Shown here: positions 59,565 through 64,000 of the stretch, in pieces
Position numbering within the stretch: position 1 is the stretch's first letter
Layout of the letters: each line of letters opens with the position of its first letter
NCBI GenBank assembly: GCA_963733035.1
Contig: CAVTBU010000005.1
Span: forward strand, 2,912,001 to 2,976,000
DNA length: 64,000 nucleotides
Direction: 5' to 3'
From: Pirellulales bacterium
GTDB taxonomy: Bacteria > Planctomycetota > Planctomycetia > Pirellulales > PALSA-1355
Position numbers and translations under genes: made by a program
The notes under the pieces: generated by a model
Databases searched by the model: none
The model's input: the letters and a program-made list of their open reading frames with translations, nothing else
Told to the model about the DNA's origin: nothing

Positions 59565-60538
59565 AGGTCCTCCGGTACAAGTGTTGCCCCGCGGGTAGTC
59601 AGTCTTGTCCAGGCTTGGTGCGAATCGGCGGGACGTGGCGGCGAAAACCGATCTGGATGAAACAGGTGCGCCAGGATTTCCAAGCTATCCACCAGCCGCG
59701 GGCCGGAACGATTGAAATACGCATTGCCGTCGGCGGCGAAGACGTGCCCACTACGAACGGCCGAAAGCTTGGCCCATTGCGGCACGGTGGCCAAGACCTG
59801 CGCCTCGGCGACGGCTCGTTCAAGATTGAAACCGCAGGGAACAATTACAATCACGTCGGGATCAAAGCGTGCAATCTCCGCCCAATCGGCGTATGTACTG
59901 TGGTGCCCATCGATATCCTGGCCATCGTTCCCGCCGGCCCAGGCAACGAGCTCGGGCATCCAATTGGCGGCCAGCATGGGCGGGTCGATCCACTCCAAGC
60001 ACGCCACGCGCGGTCGCTGCGCGGGGGTTAGCTTCTCCGTGTGGCGACGAACTCGCGCGACGCGCGCTTCGAGATTGGCGACGACCGCCGCGGCGCGTTG
60101 CTCGTCACCCGTCGCGGCACCAATACGTCGAATATCGCTGAGCACGTCATTGAGTCGGCTTGGATTCAGCGCCAACACCTGGGTGTTCGTGAGTGCGGGT
60201 GACTCGCGGACCGTGGCGACAACGTCCTCGTAGCGTACCGCGCACACATCACATTGCGCTTGCGTGACGATCAGGTCAGGGGCGAGACGGTTGAGGAGCT
60301 CGACGTCAATTTCATAGAGAGCGGACTGCTGCATGGTCAGCCCGCGAACCTGTTCGTCGATCGCGCGGCTCGGGGCCGACGCTTGGATCAGAGATTTTGT
60401 CAGCCGCGGCTTGCCGGCAATCTCACGGGGGAAGTCGCACTCATGGCTGACGCCTACGACTAGATCTCCCAACCCCAGTAAGTAGAGGATTTCGGTTGCA
60501 CTTGAGATCAGCGATGCGATGCGTCGAGGTTGGCTCAT
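59561..60538 (-). CDS. BtuF/TroA-like solute-binding-fold protein without signal peptide
   Basis: RIASLISSATE, VSHECDFP, TQAQCDVCA, PCGF, YFNRSGPRLVD. Confidence 0.85.
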   Translation of the reverse strand: MSQPRRIASLISSATEILYLLGLGDLVVGVSHECDFPREIAGKPRLTKSLIQASAPSRAIDEQVRGLTMQQSALYEIDVELLNRLAPDLIVTQAQCDVCAVRYEDVVATVRESPALTNTQVLALNPSRLNDVLSDIRRIGAATGDEQRAAAVVANLEARVARVRRHTEKLTPAQRPRVACLEWIDPPMLAANWMPELVAWAGGNDGQDIDGHHSTYADWAEIARFDPDVIVIVPCGFNLERAVAEAQVLATVPQWAKLSAVRSGHVFAADGNAYFNRSGPRLVDSLEILAHLFHPDRFSPPRPADSHQAWTRLTTRGATLVPEDL

Positions 60539-60545
60539 GCCGCGC

Positions 60546-60574
60546 AGCTTACCGCCGACTCAGGCGCGGCTCAA
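60546..60574 (-). promoter_or_regulatory. Promoter TTGAGC-N17-TAAGCT, 7 nt before ATG 60538 (leaderless candidate)
   Basis: Minus strand reads TAAGCT-gcgcggc-ATG. Confidence 0.55.
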
Positions 60575-60623
60575 GAGTGGCCCACAATCATTCCGGGCGG
60601 TTGACCATGGGTTGCCGACTGGC

Positions 60624-60789
60624 CTAACTGTTCGTTGAGAAATGCCTTCCTGGCATTTCTCAACCTCGCGAAGTGCGGAGCCAAGCTCCGCACCGCTCGC
60701 GAAATAACGACTTACGTACTTACGTCCGTTATTTCGTCATCGCATCCAGGAGATGACGCAGCCAGTTGATTTTTTCAACAGTCTGCTAA
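60624..60789. mobile_element. MITE-like multi-hairpin element with imperfect terminal inverted repeats and CTAA flanks
   Basis: CTAA at 60624-60627 and 60786-60789; ends CTGTTCGTTGAGAAA and TTTTTCAACAGTCTG (10/15 complementary); four internal stems. Confidence 0.65.
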
Positions 60790-60849
60790 CCTTAAGTGTG
60801 CTCGCCCGTGGCGTCATCCCTCGAACCCGGACAAGAAAGAAGTCGAACC

Positions 60850-62263
60850 ATGAAAATGTTCCTCGCCGGTCAGTGGGTCGACAAATCCGATCGGATTGAA
60901 GTTCGCAATCCGTACGACGGTACGGTCGTCGACACGGTGCCCAAGGCCGATCTCGGCGACGTGGATCGCGCGCTGAACGGGGCCGTCGACGGCGCGCGGG
61001 TGATGCGCGAATTGCCGGGTTACGAACGATCCAAGATCTTGCGCCGCGCCGCGGAACTCCTCGGTCAACGGATTGACAAGCTGGGCCGGCTCATCAGCAC
61101 GGAAGAAGGCAAGACGCTGGCCGAAGGAGTATTTGAAGTGTCTCGCGCAAGAGACGCTCGAACTGTCTGCCGACGAGGCTAAGCGGCTGGGCGGAGAAGT
61201 GCTACCGTTGGATGGCGCTCCTGGAGGCGCTGGCCGGCTCGGTTTTACGCTGCGCGTGCCTTGCGGAGTCGTGGCGGCGATTTCACCATTCAATTTTCCG
61301 TTGAATCTCGTTTGCCATAAAGTCGGTCCCGCGTTGGCGGCCGGCAACGCCGTAGTCGTCAAGCCAGCCAGCGATACGCCGCTTTCGGCGCTTGCGCTTG
61401 TTGAGATTCTGCTGGAGGCCGGTCTTCCCGCCGAAGCGATAGCCTGCGTCACGGGTTCCGGCGGCACGATTGGCAATGCCTTGGCCAGCGATCGTCGTGT
61501 GCGGAAAATCAGCTTTACCGGCAGCCGCGACGTCGGCGAACAGATTTGCAGAGTCGCGGGCCTCAAGAAGGTGACCATGGAGCTGGGGTCCAACAGTCCG
61601 ATCATCGTGATGCCCGACGCCGATTTGAACAAAGTAGCCGAGGCCACGGTTGCAACGGGCTATTCGAATGCCGGCCAGGTATGCATCTCCACCCAGCGAG
61701 TGATCGCCTTCGACCAGGTATATGGCGACCTGATTGACGTATTGGGGCCCAAGGTGGCCGCGATTGCGACGGGCAATCCTCTCGACGCGAAGACGAAAAT
61801 GGGACCAATGGTTCGCGAGTCTGACGCCAAACGGGTCGGTGAATGGATCGACGAGGCCATTGCCGGCGGAGCCAAGCTGGTCACCGGCGGCAAGCGCAAC
61901 GGAACCGTCTACGAACCGACGTTGCTGACCGACGTTGATTCCTCGATGCGAGTCAGCCAGCAGGAATTGTTTGGGCCGGCGGTCGTCGTGTCCAAGGCGA
62001 CCTCCATTGAAGACGCCATTCGCCTGGCCAACGATACTCCCTATGGACTGGCGGCGGGTATCTTTACCGAAAATATCAATCATGCGATGCAGTTCGCCCG
62101 GCATGTCGACAGCGGCAACCTGCACATCAATTGGGGACCGCAGTGGCGCGCGGATCTGATGCCCTATGGTGGACTCAAGGAGAGCGGCTTTGGCAAGGAA
62201 GGGCCCAAGTACGCAGTTGCCGAGATGACCGAGCTGAAGGCCGTTGTCATCCACGGCGTATAG
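60850..62263 (+). CDS. Aldehyde dehydrogenase family protein; frameshift near 61147
   Basis: PFNFP, FTGS, MELGSN, AGQVCIS, ELFGP, PYGGLKESGFGKEG. Confidence 0.92.
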
Positions 62264-62383
62264 GCCGTGGCCCGCCTCGCGGGCGGCCGCTTCAGGGCGG
62301 CAACCGCTGCATGTCTCGAGTCCTGCAGCGGCATGGGCTATGGCGAATCGACCAGCAAGATCCACCTGGAGACGAGGCTGGCG

Positions 62384-63955
62384 TTACGGGTTCGACTGCG
62401 TAGGATCGCTCGCCTCGGCCTCAGCTTTGTCCGTGTCGGCCGGTTTGATGTCCCCCTCCCCGTGATAGATCTCGTCTTTATCCAGCACGTCTTGCAACAC
62501 AAAGGGTTCGGGAAATTTCTGGTCGAGTTGGTTGAGCAGGTTCTGGTAGTGCTTGATCGAATCCATCAATTCATCAACGGTGCCGGAATGCTCGAGCAGG
62601 TCCGGGTGCGCGTCGAGTACCATCCTCCAGCCCTTCAGGCCCTCGTCGTATAACTCCTTGGCTTCGATGACCTGGGCACGAACGAAGGCGTCGTCGGCGT
62701 CGTGGAGAAGCTTGCGAGCGGAGAGAGCTTGCTCGGTGGGTTCGACTTCGCAGCGCAGCTTCCAGTAATTGTAGTTGACGATTCCGCGATCGATATCAAT
62801 CAAGTTCGCAATCTCGTCGGCGTAGGTCGCCTCTTGCGCGGCCTGCAGGGCTTTGGCGCGTTCCGGACCTTGAATGCGGTCAGCGATTTCGAGGTGCCGG
62901 ACGGCCAGCTCACGGGCCATCATTGCCGCCATTTGTGCTTGTTCTGGAGTGCGGTCGTCGGGCGACATTTCGTAAATCTCGCGCGACTCCTCAGGAAGCG
63001 AGGCGACTTTTTCAGCCAGGATTTTCTCGGCGAGACCCTCAGGCGTTACCTTCGCCAGTTCGGCCTGGGCCCGCTTTGACTTATCCTGATAGCTTTCCAT
63101 TTCGCTGAGTCGTGCGAAGGTATTCATGCGAGTAGGAAGGTCGCGGTTCGAGTACTCGGTCCAGGCGTTCGCCGCTTTGCGCCACGCGTCCTTGGCCACT
63201 TCGCCGAAGACACCGTCCTCTTCGATCGCCTCGGCGTAGTTGATCAAACACATGACTGGGTGTGAATAGAACAACAAGGGAGACTCGCCGCGCAAGGGAA
63301 CTCCCTTGGCCACGGTATCTTGTGCCTTGAGCAGCCATTCGCGCCCGACGAGCCAGTTGTCGCGCTGCGTTTTCGGGCGGTCGCCGTGAAAGTCGTCATC
63401 TTCGCGGAAAAGCTGCCGGAAAAGCACTTTCTCGTCCGCGCGGCCGATCTTGTTGCCGAGCGTGTAGCCGATCTTCGACAACAGCCTTGGTTCGTCGGTA
63501 TTGTACTGAGCCCCTTCCTTGAGGAAGTCAACGCCGCGGATGACCCAATAGTAACGATCGTGGTAGTCGTCGAACTCGACCGAGATATTGTAGGAGAGGT
63601 TCCAGCCCTGGAAGATCCAGACGCTGACGAAATTTGGCTGCAGCCTGGCGATTTGCTCGAGCGTTGCCGAGAGATTGACCCAGTCTTCGTTCTTCTTGTA
63701 TTCGTTGGCCTTGTCCCACAGCAAATTGGCGGCCACGCCGCGCATCCCGAGCGTTGCGAGCTTGATCGTTTCGCTTGCCGGGTCAATCTCGCCCAACTGG
63801 GCCTGGCCGAGGGAGTACTCCTTGCGCAGCTGAGCAAGTCGGCCACCATCGGCTTCGGTCGTTTGTGGCTGGCTGAGCCAGGACAGAGGCAAGAGCAACG
63901 CGGCAATGATGCAGGCATAGATGATCTTGCGAATAAATCGTTGTCGTTGGTTCAT
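62384..63955 (-). CDS. Membrane-anchored helical/TPR-like conserved protein
   Basis: N-terminal TM; LGMRGVAANLLW, LQPNFVSVWIFQGWNLSYN. Confidence 0.75.
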   Translation of the reverse strand: MNQRQRFIRKIIYACIIAALLLPLSWLSQPQTTEADGGRLAQLRKEYSLGQAQLGEIDPASETIKLATLGMRGVAANLLWDKANEYKKNEDWVNLSATLEQIARLQPNFVSVWIFQGWNLSYNISVEFDDYHDRYYWVIRGVDFLKEGAQYNTDEPRLLSKIGYTLGNKIGRADEKVLFRQLFREDDDFHGDRPKTQRDNWLVGREWLLKAQDTVAKGVPLRGESPLLFYSHPVMCLINYAEAIEEDGVFGEVAKDAWRKAANAWTEYSNRDLPTRMNTFARLSEMESYQDKSKRAQAELAKVTPEGLAEKILAEKVASLPEESREIYEMSPDDRTPEQAQMAAMMARELAVRHLEIADRIQGPERAKALQAAQEATYADEIANLIDIDRGIVNYNYWKLRCEVEPTEQALSARKLLHDADDAFVRAQVIEAKELYDEGLKGWRMVLDAHPDLLEHSGTVDELMDSIKHYQNLLNQLDQKFPEPFVLQDVLDKDEIYHGEGDIKPADTDKAEAEASDPTQSNP

Positions 63956-64000
63956 CGAGCCACCTCACGCGTTCTCATGAAGAAATATCCGATGACGAAA
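63952..64000 (-). CDS. C-terminal end of a probable ABC-2-type permease (truncated by window)
   Basis: ...FVIGYFFMRTREVAR* with ATGA overlap to the next gene; the hydrophobic-helix-RE ending is typical of ABC-2 permeases. Confidence 0.5.
   Translation of the reverse strand, partial: FVIGYFFMRTREVAR

Noticed and set aside
62268..62331. Short hairpins GCCCGC/GCGGGC and CCGCTGCA/TGCAGCGG
   Set aside because: Ordinary stems between convergent genes with no U-tract or repeat copy in the window

Overview
High-GC bacterial window with the gene content of a planctomycete, probably Pirellulales-like: three DUF1501 genes, a DUF1549/DUF1553 gene, PVC-type heme-binding proteins, a PQQ-like propeller, an arylsulfatase and a PEP-CTERM protein. 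I identify about 42 CDSs and no rRNA, tRNA, CRISPR array or transposase. About 12 genes are split by 1-2 nt indels, mostly at GG/CC/GCGC sites, which look like long-read assembly errors rather than true pseudogenes. Main blocks: an amide-hydrolase/periplasmic redox cluster (1-12.9 kb); Lhr helicase; carB-crcB; a four-gene operon encoding a PVC heme protein, a Tat isochorismatase, a PA14 penta-heme protein and a D-aminoacylase; a sigma54 activator with a degenerate receiver directly upstream of a sigma54-promoter-driven PII gene; a secreted TPR-CHAT protein lacking the catalytic dyad; a CzcBA efflux operon with a Cys-rich leader gene; and PPK2 coupled to a signal-less BtuF-like protein. Non-coding signals include four apparently leaderless genes, a multi-hairpin MITE-like element that appears to supply a promoter, and two hairpin-rich intergenic regions. 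Family calls come from motifs I recognise, not from database searches.
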